Virus record (IMG/VR): IMGVR_UViG_3300027790_000042
Span: 1 to 42,281 of that record
DNA length: 42,281 nt
Source: a virus
Taxonomy: Duplodnaviria > Caudoviricetes
Strand: one strand, 5' to 3'
Of this stretch, positions 1 through 7,456 are shown piece by piece. The notes below the pieces were generated by a model, which saw nothing but the letters and a program-made list of their open reading frames with translations, made no database searches and was not told the DNA's origin. Made by a program: the position numbers and the translations under genes. Within the stretch, counting starts at the first letter, position 1; each line of letters starts with the position of its first letter.

Positions 1-127
1 TATTGGTTACGGTGGAGGAAGCGTAGCGCCGCCCGCTGTGGTTTCCACAACACCTTCGGCGGGGTCTTCTTTCTGGAGACTTTCTTTTTCACAAGACTAC
101 CCTTTTATCAGACTAAGGAACTCGGCA
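1..127. repeat. Terminal direct repeat (assembly overlap), copy 1; indicates a circular, complete contig
   Basis: 1-127 is identical to 42155-42281. 127 is a common assembler k-mer length, and the repeat cuts through coding sequence (folE end, helicase start). Confidence 0.95.
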
Positions 128-1053
128 CGTACCGAAGCGCGGCGAAATTTACCTAGGAGACAAGAGGTCACCATCTCGGCGGAGGGTTGGCGCACTCCTC
201 GGCATTGCGCACATCCATGCTGCGCTTGTACTACTACTCCGACACCATTCGTCTCTGCGTAGGTGTCCAGTGCTGTGGCAATCTCGGAGGTGAGGCGTTC
301 CTGAATTTGCAGCCTGTGCGCGTAGCAGTTGACTAGTCGAGCCAGCTTTGATAATCCCACTACTTTTCCATTCTCTTTCGGGAGGTACGCCACGTGCGCC
401 TTCCCAGAGAACGGAAGTAGATGGTGCTCGCACAGGGAACTGAATGAGATATTACGGAGGAGTACCATTTCGTCCGAGCTAGCCTCGAAACGCTTAGACA
501 ATATCTCTTCCGGGTCCTCTGTGTACCCTTCACACATCTCAGACATGGCTTTGATAAACCGTTTCGGGGTCTCCCGAAGACCATCCCGGTCCGGATCTTC
601 GCCGAGGTACTGAAGGATACGTGTCACGTTCGACTCTGGTCCCTCCTCTCCGGTATGGTCCCATGGGAATATGAACCACTTAGGATCCTCTCGGTTTACC
701 AACCGAAAGGAAACGCAATCGAACGGAAGTTTCGCGTCTCGGTATTTTATCATTGTCGTGTAGAGAGCCGGAACGCCTGTACCTTTTGAGAATTTCAGAC
801 CCCGAAGTGTAGCCCCAGAGTCCACAATATCGTCGACGACTACGGTAAAGGGTCCGGGTACCTCCGCCACCGGGAGTTTAAGTCTTTCGGCGAGTAGAAG
901 GGCGAGTGGTACCCCACCGGACGGGACACCGTAAACATCTACGATTCTCCCGGCGCGCCATAGTGCGGAGGAGCGGACAGCATCTGCCAACATTCCGGCA
1001 GCGGAGTACACGTCCTCCCATGAAATGCGCTCTTTTTCGATACCATTATCCAT
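97..1053 (-). CDS. folE: Fusion of a Gpt-like purine phosphoribosyltransferase (N-term ~130 aa) and GTP cyclohydrolase I (FolE)
   Basis: N-term has [16 protein letters not shown]-binding loop [12 protein letters not shown] and WFIFPW. C-term has [33 protein letters not shown] and HGCAQCRGV. Confidence 0.93.
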   Translation of the reverse strand: MDNGIEKERISWEDVYSAAGMLADAVRSSALWRAGRIVDVYGVPSGGVPLALLLAERLKLPVAEVPGPFTVVVDDIVDSGATLRGLKFSKGTGVPALYTTMIKYRDAKLPFDCVSFRLVNREDPKWFIFPWDHTGEEGPESNVTRILQYLGEDPDRDGLRETPKRFIKAMSEMCEGYTEDPEEILSKRFEASSDEMVLLRNISFSSLCEHHLLPFSGKAHVAYLPKENGKVVGLSKLARLVNCYAHRLQIQERLTSEIATALDTYAETNGVGVVVQAQHGCAQCRGVRQPSAEMVTSCLLGKFRRASVRAEFLSLIKG

Positions 1054-1054
1054 G

Positions 1055-1819
1055 TCAGTCGACTCCCAGAACTTTATGCGTTTGAAGAGAGACGTTCCAT
1101 TGCGGGTGCCTCCATACCCATTCGACGCACCGGTGCAATGCCATGGGGTAGAACTCCCCTGAGACCGGGTCCGCCATAGGAGAAACTAGTTTGCGCCTCG
1201 CCTTACGCAACCCATTCGGGAGGTTCTCAATATCTGGGAGTGGGTTGGTCTCCCCAATCACATACTTGAGTTCGTCTGCGAAACAGAGGGTTACGGTGGC
1301 CTCCGGGCCTTCTGTGGGTTTAGGTGAGCAGGTGACCCAATCGAGTCCAAGGCCCTCTTTATCGAAAGCGATGGTCCCATTAGTCTCGATGGCCGTAGTG
1401 GAGATGCGGGAGATCTCCGCTCCGTCCCGCAATAACGTATGCATTCGAGGTGGGAGTACTCGTCGGAACATCTCGGCGCTTTTCACAAGGGATACGACCT
1501 CCCGACTAAGTTGGACAGCCGGCTCCCCTCCGGTGAATACACAGTGTACAGGAAAATTTCCATACTTATGGAAATGTGTTTTCAACACATCCACGATACA
1601 GTCCTCCAACTGTTCGAGGGATAGCGAGGTTCCATTCTTAAAGTCCGTATCACAGAATGAACACGAGAGGTTACACCCGGCGAATCGTACAAATAGGCTA
1701 GAGGTGCCTGCATAGTGCCCCTCCCCCTGTATAGTGGTGAACACCTCCTTCACACTGTAACGGCGTTTTGCGGAGCCTTTACGACGAATGTCTGCGGCGT
1801 CTAGAGTGAGGTTAGTCAA
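1055..1819 (-). CDS. queE: 7-carboxy-7-deazaguanine synthase (radical SAM)
   Basis: [22 protein letters not shown] (CxxxCxxC), TGGEP, ETNG, SPK, SLQTHK. Start moved to TTG 1819, which follows a GGAGG SD and lies just inside the 3' end of queD. Confidence 0.93.
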   Translation of the reverse strand: MTNLTLDAADIRRKGSAKRRYSVKEVFTTIQGEGHYAGTSSLFVRFAGCNLSCSFCDTDFKNGTSLSLEQLEDCIVDVLKTHFHKYGNFPVHCVFTGGEPAVQLSREVVSLVKSAEMFRRVLPPRMHTLLRDGAEISRISTTAIETNGTIAFDKEGLGLDWVTCSPKPTEGPEATVTLCFADELKYVIGETNPLPDIENLPNGLRKARRKLVSPMADPVSGEFYPMALHRCVEWVWRHPQWNVSLQTHKVLGVD

Positions 1820-2351
1820 CCGGGTACCCTCCTTCCAGAACCACGAGCTTGCGCGCGATAGCCGTGCGGAGGAATTCAATTTCAGTCCGCGCCGTACACT
1901 TGGCGGTCTCTTGTACGGCTACAGTGGCGGAGACCTCTTTCAGTAGATCTACAAGCTGGTGCATCCTGTAGTCCCGCTCCCGAGAAATGACCTCGTACAC
2001 AATGTCGAAGACTACGGTAGAGAGTCGCTTCGAAATATTCTCCGCCGTCGGAGGTACCTGCATTAAAAACAGCTTGGACCCGTCGTGTTCTACAGGACTC
2101 GCTAGCGGATCATTATTCTGTAGAATAGTCCCGTGATCCCACCGGGTGTCCACGTACTCTTGCACTTTTCCTTTCAGTTCGGAGAAGTCCATCCAATACC
2201 CTAACTCCGGGTGGACTAGACTCTCCGGGTACTGTACTTCGACCTCCACGGCGTAGTTATGCCCGTGAAGGTTACGGCACTTTCCCGGGTGGTTCTGGAT
2301 CCTGTGTGCGGAGCAAAAGTGGATCCCGGTCACTCTAAGTATCTGTGACAT
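1812..2351 (-). CDS. queD: 6-carboxy-5,6,7,8-tetrahydropterin synthase
   Basis: FCSAHRI, CRNLHGHNY, MDFSELK, WDHG, PTAEN; operon context. Confidence 0.93.
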   Translation of the reverse strand: MSQILRVTGIHFCSAHRIQNHPGKCRNLHGHNYAVEVEVQYPESLVHPELGYWMDFSELKGKVQEYVDTRWDHGTILQNNDPLASPVEHDGSKLFLMQVPPTAENISKRLSTVVFDIVYEVISRERDYRMHQLVDLLKEVSATVAVQETAKCTARTEIEFLRTAIARKLVVLEGGYPVD

Positions 2352-2619
2352 GGCAGTTCATTTCCTTCTGTGTGTCATAAGCCTGCTCCGAACATACGTC
2401 CCAAATTTTATTGAAGAACTCAAGCGGGACAGTGCGGGTGGCTTCGCAAAGGTATACATCCCCAATAGGGAACGGGTCTACGCGGAATGTCACGGCAGGG
2501 CGTAAAGCGCGGCTCTGCACAGTCGCATCCGGGTCCGGCCGGAGGGAGACATCCAATATCCGTGCGGTCCGACCACGTTCGCGGGAAATACAGTGGGAGC
2601 CGCGCTTTACTGAGACCAT
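2335..2619 (-). CDS. Hypothetical protein (94 aa) within the que operon
   Basis: ATG 2619 with GAGGAGG SD just after the queC stop; 3' end overlaps the queD start. Confidence 0.7.
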   Translation of the reverse strand: MVSVKRGSHCISRERGRTARILDVSLRPDPDATVQSRALRPAVTFRVDPFPIGDVYLCEATRTVPLEFFNKIWDVCSEQAYDTQKEMNCHVTDT

Positions 2620-2623
2620 ATAA

Positions 2624-3502
2624 TCAACCCTCCTCGTCGTTCTGGGGGAGGGTGCCGTCCTGCATCTGTTCCATGTGTTCGAGCCAATCTTCTCCGAGAA
2701 CATCCGGGGCATATTCATACCGGGTAAGGTCTTCTATCTCGGAGATTGCGAATGCCTCTCGACGTTCTACACATGTACCACATTGACCGCAATGGGAGTC
2801 CAACTCCCCGGCGTAGCAACTCCACGTCTGGGATAGGTTCTCTCCCAGAATGATACTGCCGTGCCGACAGATATCCGCCTTGGAACTTTCGATGAATGGG
2901 GCGCTTACAGGCACTCCGGGGTCATGGCACATGCCAATCGCTTGGGATAGGTGGTCGAAGAACTCCTTCCGGCAGTCCGGGTATACGGCGTGATCTCCGG
3001 CGTGGGCTCCGTAATACACCGTGTAGGGAGTAGCATTCAGATCTCCGTCGGCGTTATTACGTGCCCACGAAATCGCCACGGCGGAGGCAAGCGAGAGGAG
3101 GATCATATTGCGGTTCGGGACCACGGTGGCTTTCATAGACTCCTCTTCGTAATGCCCACTAGGTACCGGTATATTCGGATCGGTTTGAGAACTCCCCGCG
3201 AATATACCTTGGAACCCTGCCATATCCAATGTCATATGCTGGAGGAAATGTTGCGGAGTCAACCCCGTATTAGGTTCCCATCCCGGGCGAGTCTCCCAGA
3301 ACCCTACACGAAACCAGAACTCTTCAATGATAGCCGCCGCTACCTTAAGTTCACAGGAGTGGGTCTGCCCATAGTGGACACTTAACGCGACCACCTTGTC
3401 GTGCTTTTCCAGGGCGTGACGCAGGAGTGTAGTGGAATCCATCCCACCGGAGAACAACACTACAGCGCCGCCGCCGTCGTACTTTGGAAACGGTATCTGC
3501 AT
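2624..3502 (-). CDS. queC: 7-cyano-7-deazaguanine (preQ0) synthase
   Basis: PP-loop SGGMDST, HYGQ, VPNRNMILLS, YPDCR, Zn site TWSCY...HCGQCGTCVER. No glutamine-amidotransferase domain. Confidence 0.95.
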   Translation of the reverse strand: MQIPFPKYDGGGAVVLFSGGMDSTTLLRHALEKHDKVVALSVHYGQTHSCELKVAAAIIEEFWFRVGFWETRPGWEPNTGLTPQHFLQHMTLDMAGFQGIFAGSSQTDPNIPVPSGHYEEESMKATVVPNRNMILLSLASAVAISWARNNADGDLNATPYTVYYGAHAGDHAVYPDCRKEFFDHLSQAIGMCHDPGVPVSAPFIESSKADICRHGSIILGENLSQTWSCYAGELDSHCGQCGTCVERREAFAISEIEDLTRYEYAPDVLGEDWLEHMEQMQDGTLPQNDEEG

Positions 3503-3535
3503 TTTATTTCCTTTCGGTTGAAGGGTGTCAAGGTG

Positions 3536-4249
3536 TTACCGTGTACGGCGTCGTACAGGTTTCTTCTCTGTAGAGGTGTTACGTGTCCTTTCCATACGTA
3601 CACAAAATGAGGTAAGCGCCTGCACTACACACTCACTGTCCGTCATTGAGTCTGCCTTTGCTGGGTCTTTGGCCTTCCATTGCCGGCGCACCTCGGTCAC
3701 AGCGCGCTCAATCGTCTGATACTCAGCGTCCGTGAATACAAGCCGATTGCTACTCGCTACCTCTGGGGCAGGACCCGCTTCCGGAGGGGTCCAATCCGCA
3801 GCGCCGAGTAGTGGGCGGGTCTCGAAGTCTTGGAACCCTGTGGTCTCCAAGTCAAACTCAGCCTCTTGCAGTTCTTTCAAATTGGCAGTGAGTCCGGTGA
3901 AATTAAACCGGGAAAGATCGTTGGTCTTGTTATCTGCCAGCATGTAGGCGACCTCCTCCGCCTTACTGGAGAAGGTATGTTGCACACACCGGATTTCTTT
4001 CCAACCCAGACGGCACGCAGACTCATGCGTGCCATTCCCTTTTACGATTTCAAAGTCCTCGTTCAGTACGATAGGACTCCGCTGGCCGAACGACTTGAGG
4101 GAGGTCATTATTGAACGGATATTGTCCTCGTCGTGCTCTCGGGCATTCTTGGGGTGCGGCTTACACTTTTTCACCGGGAGGAGTTGGACCACTAATTGGT
4201 CTTCTAGTCCTCCGGTACTCTTGCGGCGTTTGGTGGGTTTCTTAGGCAT
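3536..4249 (-). CDS. ParB/sulfiredoxin N-terminal domain protein
   Basis: PHPKNAREH, SLKSFGQRSPIV, IVKGNGT, YMLADNKT; AAGGA SD upstream. Confidence 0.85.
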   Translation of the reverse strand: MPKKPTKRRKSTGGLEDQLVVQLLPVKKCKPHPKNAREHDEDNIRSIMTSLKSFGQRSPIVLNEDFEIVKGNGTHESACRLGWKEIRCVQHTFSSKAEEVAYMLADNKTNDLSRFNFTGLTANLKELQEAEFDLETTGFQDFETRPLLGAADWTPPEAGPAPEVASSNRLVFTDAEYQTIERAVTEVRRQWKAKDPAKADSMTDSECVVQALTSFCVRMERTRNTSTEKKPVRRRTR

Positions 4250-4267
4250 GCCATGTCCTTCAGTGTT

Positions 4268-4298
4268 GGGGGAGCCGAGGGACCATCTCGACTCCCCC
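4268..4298 (-). other. Intergenic GC-rich RNA hairpin
   Basis: GGGGGAGCCGAG / CTCGACTCCCCC; the single mismatch is a G-U pair on the minus strand; no U-tract. Confidence 0.6.
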
Positions 4299-4346
4299 TC
4301 CTATGTCCTCCAGTTGAACGGCTAGGAGAAAACCGGTAGGGTGCGA

Positions 4347-5162
4347 TTACTTCGTGCGACGGGTGGCGGGTTTCTTTTTAGCCGCAGGTTTCTTTTTGGC
4401 CACAGGTTTCTTCTTCTTCGTGGGCGCAGGAGTGGTTTCGGCAGTCTCCGTCTTCGCCTTCTTCTTCGCCGCCGCCTTCTTTTTCCGCTTCGCCGCCTCC
4501 TTCTCAGCGTTGGCAGCGCGCTTGGCGTCCTCGGCTACCTTCGCTTCCTTATCGGCCGCTGCCGCGATGGATTTGATTTCCTTCGCCGCCTTCGCCGAGA
4601 CGTCCGGGACGGTACCCCAACACCCGGTCTTCCCATGGCCATAAGAGGTGTTGAAGGAGGACTTTGCCATTTCCATGCCGTGCTTGTCGAGACACGCCTG
4701 CATCCCTGCTTTCGAGATCCCGTTCCCTCCGCAATACCGTCCGAAGGCGGTGAGGGCGAGTCCGTAGATGGTGGGTCGGGTGGAGGTGTTAGTTTCACTC
4801 ATGGTTCGTTTTCCTTTACTGGTGCTGTTTTGTGCCTCATAGTAGCACAGTTCAAAAATTTCGGAATCACTTTTCTCGTTGGCGGTAAAGCCTACTCCCC
4901 GCCCTTGATAGGCCAAGGCTTTGCGCCGCATGTCTTCTGGTAAGTTTGGCAACCCTCCCATGTCTTGTGCTTTCAGCTTAAAGTAAATAGCGCCGTGCAT
5001 GTCCGTGTACCGGGTATCTCCGGGGTCCAGTTGGCAGACGTCCTCATACTGAGTTCGAATGTACTCCCGTAAGGCTCGCACGCCTTTATCCCGACGGATT
5101 CTGTACCCTGTACGAATAAACGTGCCCGAGGCGTTCGGACTGTCTTGGACTGGATTGGACAT
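4347..5162 (-). CDS. Hypothetical protein with histone H1-like Lys/Ala-rich C-terminus; probable internal start at 4802
   Basis: GAGG SD before ATG 5162; second SD (AAAGGA) before in-frame ATG 4802; C-term KKKPVAKKKPAAKKKPATRRTK. Confidence 0.8.
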   Translation of the reverse strand: MSNPVQDSPNASGTFIRTGYRIRRDKGVRALREYIRTQYEDVCQLDPGDTRYTDMHGAIYFKLKAQDMGGLPNLPEDMRRKALAYQGRGVGFTANEKSDSEIFELCYYEAQNSTSKGKRTMSETNTSTRPTIYGLALTAFGRYCGGNGISKAGMQACLDKHGMEMAKSSFNTSYGHGKTGCWGTVPDVSAKAAKEIKSIAAAADKEAKVAEDAKRAANAEKEAAKRKKKAAAKKKAKTETAETTPAPTKKKKPVAKKKPAAKKKPATRRTK

Positions 5163-5190
5163 CGTTAATTCCTCTCATTCTTAGTGTGTA

Positions 5191-5219
5191 ATTATATACC
5201 AAATACTTCGGGTTGTAAA
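5191..5219 (-). promoter_or_regulatory. Sigma70-type promoter for the 5162 gene and downstream modification/replication genes
   Basis: Minus strand TTTACA-N17-TATAAT. Confidence 0.75.
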
Positions 5220-5265
5220 CCCCTAATTTTCCCGCCTACGTTACACCCTACCGGGTTTCCGGAGG

Positions 5266-5300
5266 TGTCCCCCTCCCCAACTTCTGGGGAGGGGTCGACA
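5266..5300 (-). terminator. Hairpin after early gene (terminator or processing site)
   Basis: CCCCTCCCCA-ACTTC-TGGGGAGGGG perfect 10-bp stem; no U-tract. Confidence 0.5.
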
Positions 5301-5310
5301 CGCCTACGGG

Positions 5311-5496
5311 CTAATGCTCCAACTCCTCGGCGGTTTCGATCATGGCGTCCAACATAGCCACCTGCGCCTGCAACTCCTCGTCCGCCTGTAACCAGTCTTG
5401 CACCTCCCTCTTCAGACGTTCCAAGGTGTCTACATCTACCATGGTAAGCGCCGCAGCCGCCTGCACCATAAGTTCGTTCGTGTTAGTCACTCGCAT
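5311..5496 (-). CDS. Small acidic helical early protein (61 aa)
   Basis: CTAGGAGAAGACAATG start directly downstream of promoter copy 1. Confidence 0.85.
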   Translation of the reverse strand: MRVTNTNELMVQAAAALTMVDVDTLERLKREVQDWLQADEELQAQVAMLDAMIETAEELEH

Positions 5497-5527
5497 TGTC
5501 TTCTCCTAGGTTGTGTTCCGTGTATGC

Positions 5528-5578
5528 CTCGTTCAACTGTAAATAGAGTATACCATAGTTGAATGGGAATGTCAACCC
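5528..5578 (-). promoter_or_regulatory. Repeated early promoter, copy 1
   Basis: TTGACA (5575-5570)-N17-TATACT (5552-5547), extended -10 TG, upstream A-tract; 28-bp block shared by all three copies. Confidence 0.9.
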
Positions 5579-5949
5579 ATTTTGGGAGAAATTTCAAATC
5601 TTTTTTTTTGGAGGGTCTCGAACAGCCGCCGGTCAACGAAAAAATCAATAACACGGAAATCCGAAAACCGATTTTCCTCGGCGTACTTGTCAATGATTGA
5701 GTCTAAGGCTTTATGCTGTTCCGGGTATTCGTCCGCAGGAAACCACACTTCGGCGTCGTCTCTGTCGGAGGCTACTATCACCGGACCACTGTCGTACTCT
5801 TGAGAATACCTATTCAGCAACATCCGTCCGAGTTTCCTTTCTGCGGCCAGTAGTTGGATAAATTGTATCCCTGCTCCATCGCATACCATAGTGACCTGAT
5901 ACCGGGTCTCGCGGGGATCTGAATTGTCTTTATTAAAGAGCATGTACAT
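5572..5949 (-). CDS. Hypothetical early protein
   Basis: AAGGA SD before ATG 5949; the stop codon falls within the -35 box of promoter copy 1. Confidence 0.65.
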   Translation of the reverse strand: MYMLFNKDNSDPRETRYQVTMVCDGAGIQFIQLLAAERKLGRMLLNRYSQEYDSGPVIVASDRDDAEVWFPADEYPEQHKALDSIIDKYAEENRFSDFRVIDFFVDRRLFETLQKKRFEISPKMG

Positions 5950-5969
5950 GGTGGGGTCCTTTATAATAT

Positions 5970-5991
5970 GGGACCCGGCGAACCGGGTCCC
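5970..5991 (-). other. Intergenic hairpin with UUCG loop
   Basis: GGGACCCGG-CGAA-CCGGGTCCC perfect 9-bp stem; the loop reads UUCG on the transcribed strand. Confidence 0.7.
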
Positions 5992-6002
5992 GTGGAGGTT
6001 GG

Positions 6003-6347
6003 CTAACTTAAACGGTTAAAGATGTTGCAGAGGGTGGTTACCATCTCAGTGATGAACGGTCCATTGTCCGGGTTGTACACTTGCAGGTCGACGGAGTACA
6101 TGTACAACTTGTTCTCGTCTTTCTCCAGTATGGTGCGGACTTGGTCGACGTGCGCGAGGATAGGTTCCTTACCCTGCCGTAGTACGTGGAGGGCACACAG
6201 TACCGCCCAAGCGTGATCGTCATCCCATGCCTCCAACTCGAAACATACCCGACAGCATGTCACATACTCCGGGTCCACCGCTTGGACCTCAGACACATCC
6301 AACACTGCCATATCCGTAACCCATACTTTCAAATTATTGTGTTCCAT
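6003..6347 (-). CDS. Hypothetical early protein (114 aa)
   Basis: CTAGGAGAATACAATG start downstream of promoter copy 2. Confidence 0.85.
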   Translation of the reverse strand: MEHNNLKVWVTDMAVLDVSEVQAVDPEYVTCCRVCFELEAWDDDHAWAVLCALHVLRQGKEPILAHVDQVRTILEKDENKLYMYSVDLQVYNPDNGPFITEMVTTLCNIFNRLS

Positions 6348-6385
6348 TGTATTCTCCTAGTTTGAGGGGCGACCCAGTGCCACCA

Positions 6386-6436
6386 CTCGTTCAACTGTAA
6401 ATAGAGTATACCATGGTTGAAAGGGAATGTCAACCC
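6386..6436 (-). promoter_or_regulatory. Repeated early promoter, copy 2
   Basis: TTGACA (6433-6428)-N17-TATACT (6410-6405); shared 28-bp block at 6386-6413. Confidence 0.9.
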
Positions 6437-6495
6437 CCAATGCAAAAAAGTTTGACCATTATATATACCAAATAAATTGGAAAAAATTACTAAAA

Positions 6496-6546
6496 GGGTT
6501 GACATACTCCATCAAGCGTGGTATACTCTATTTACAGTTGAACGAG
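6496..6546 (+). promoter_or_regulatory. Repeated early promoter, copy 3 (divergent from copy 2)
   Basis: TTGACA (6499-6504)-N17-TATACT (6522-6527); shared block TGGTATACTCTATTTACAGTTGAACGAG at 6519-6546. Confidence 0.9.
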
Positions 6547-6568
6547 GCATACAACCTAGGAGAATACA

Positions 6569-6784
6569 ATGCAAGCCAAGATTCAGAAAATTGAGATTCG
6601 GACCATAAATAGTGTAAGCGTCGTAGTCCGCACCACCTGTAAAGACTTTCAAGTAGTCGCCGAGATGGTACGGAACTTCGCCTCCACGCACGGAGGTATC
6701 ATTACCGCCACGTCTTACACCTCCCGCGAAGTGACCCTGTACATCGACGGCGACAAGGTCCCCGCCCTCCAAGAAATGTTTTAA
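6569..6784 (+). CDS. Hypothetical early protein (71 aa)
   Basis: CTAGGAGAATACAATG start downstream of promoter copy 3. Confidence 0.85.
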   Translation: MQAKIQKIEIRTINSVSVVVRTTCKDFQVVAEMVRNFASTHGGIITATSYTSREVTLYIDGDKVPALQEMF

Positions 6785-6795
6785 CCAAGTGATAT

Positions 6796-6821
6796 TCTGG
6801 GGAGGGGAAACCCTCCCCGGA
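6796..6821 (+). other. Intergenic hairpin with GAAA tetraloop
   Basis: TCTGGGGAGGG-GAAA-CCCTCCCCGGA, with one U-G pair on the plus strand. Confidence 0.7.
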
Positions 6822-6841
6822 TAACCTATGAGGTCCTAGTC

Positions 6842-7243
6842 ATGAACTTGAAACAGTATACGGCGCGGGTGGAACACCAAATCGAGGCGGGCATGATTTT
6901 GTCCCCGGAGACTCGGATACAGGTCCGGGAGATTTGCGAAAGTATGTGGGAGGTCTGCGGGGACGAGTTTACCGCGGAAAACGTACTCCGGGAACTTCGA
7001 CGAATAAACGGGCGGCACCTCCTACAAGGGAAGGGGACGTGTAACCAAGCGTTATTTGAACACAGCGGGGACACCTGTAGGGTGCGTGCAATCCTCGGTT
7101 TGGTTTCGTACATCGATAGAGACATGCCTGTACAGGAGGCGCGGGACTTGTACCGCAAGTTGCGGGATGAAGACGGATGGAGTACGCGAGAGGTCCACAT
7201 GTGGATGGGAGACGTCGCCTTCAACGCACATGTATACCATTAA
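6842..7243 (+). CDS. Hypothetical early protein (133 aa)
   Basis: GAGG SD; second gene of the only plus-strand operon. Confidence 0.75.
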   Translation: MNLKQYTARVEHQIEAGMILSPETRIQVREICESMWEVCGDEFTAENVLRELRRINGRHLLQGKGTCNQALFEHSGDTCRVRAILGLVSYIDRDMPVQEARDLYRKLRDEDGWSTREVHMWMGDVAFNAHVYH

Positions 7244-7247
7244 TTCA

Positions 7248-7283
7248 ACAGGGAGAAACCTGTTTTAGTCGGTTTCTCCCTGT
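7248..7283. terminator. 13-bp hairpin at the point of convergent transcription
   Basis: ACAGGGAGAAACC-N10-GGTTTCTCCCTGT immediately after stop 7243. Confidence 0.55.
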
Positions 7284-7440
7284 AAATAATTCCCTAATGG
7301 GGGACCCCTATATAGGGGACGTTATGGTCAGGTACGAAATAATTCCCTAAAAAAGTTAATTTTTCCCTGTACTGTATTTCATTATACAGTAACAGGGAAA
7401 AATTTTATATTTTACACCTATGTCCCCTATATACCCCTCC
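7284..7440. repeat. AT-rich non-coding cluster of direct and nested inverted repeats (candidate origin or packaging site)
   Basis: AAATAATTCCCTAA x2 (7284, 7337); palindrome CCCCTATATAGGGG (7305-7318); IR 7309-7322/7420-7433 enclosing IR 7358-7377/7384-7404. Confidence 0.65.
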
Positions 7441-7456
7441 CTAAACTGGGGATTAT

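Noticed and set aside
1-127. 127-bp terminal repeat as a biological direct terminal repeat
   Set aside because: The length equals a standard assembler k-mer and it cuts through coding sequence; it indicates circularity only.
97-3502. que genes as auxiliary metabolic genes for tRNA queuosine or folate
   Set aside because: No queF, queA or tRNA genes; the DpdA-like genes and replication linkage point to DNA modification.
3536-4249. ParB as evidence of a plasmid-prophage lifestyle
   Set aside because: No ParA, parS-like repeats, repressor or Rep gene is recognisable, and its context is the modification operon.
5494-6571. Three ~28-50 bp repeats as a CRISPR array or att sites
   Set aside because: Spacing is irregular, orientation is mixed and whole genes lie between copies; each copy is a -35/-10 promoter. 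No integrase is present.
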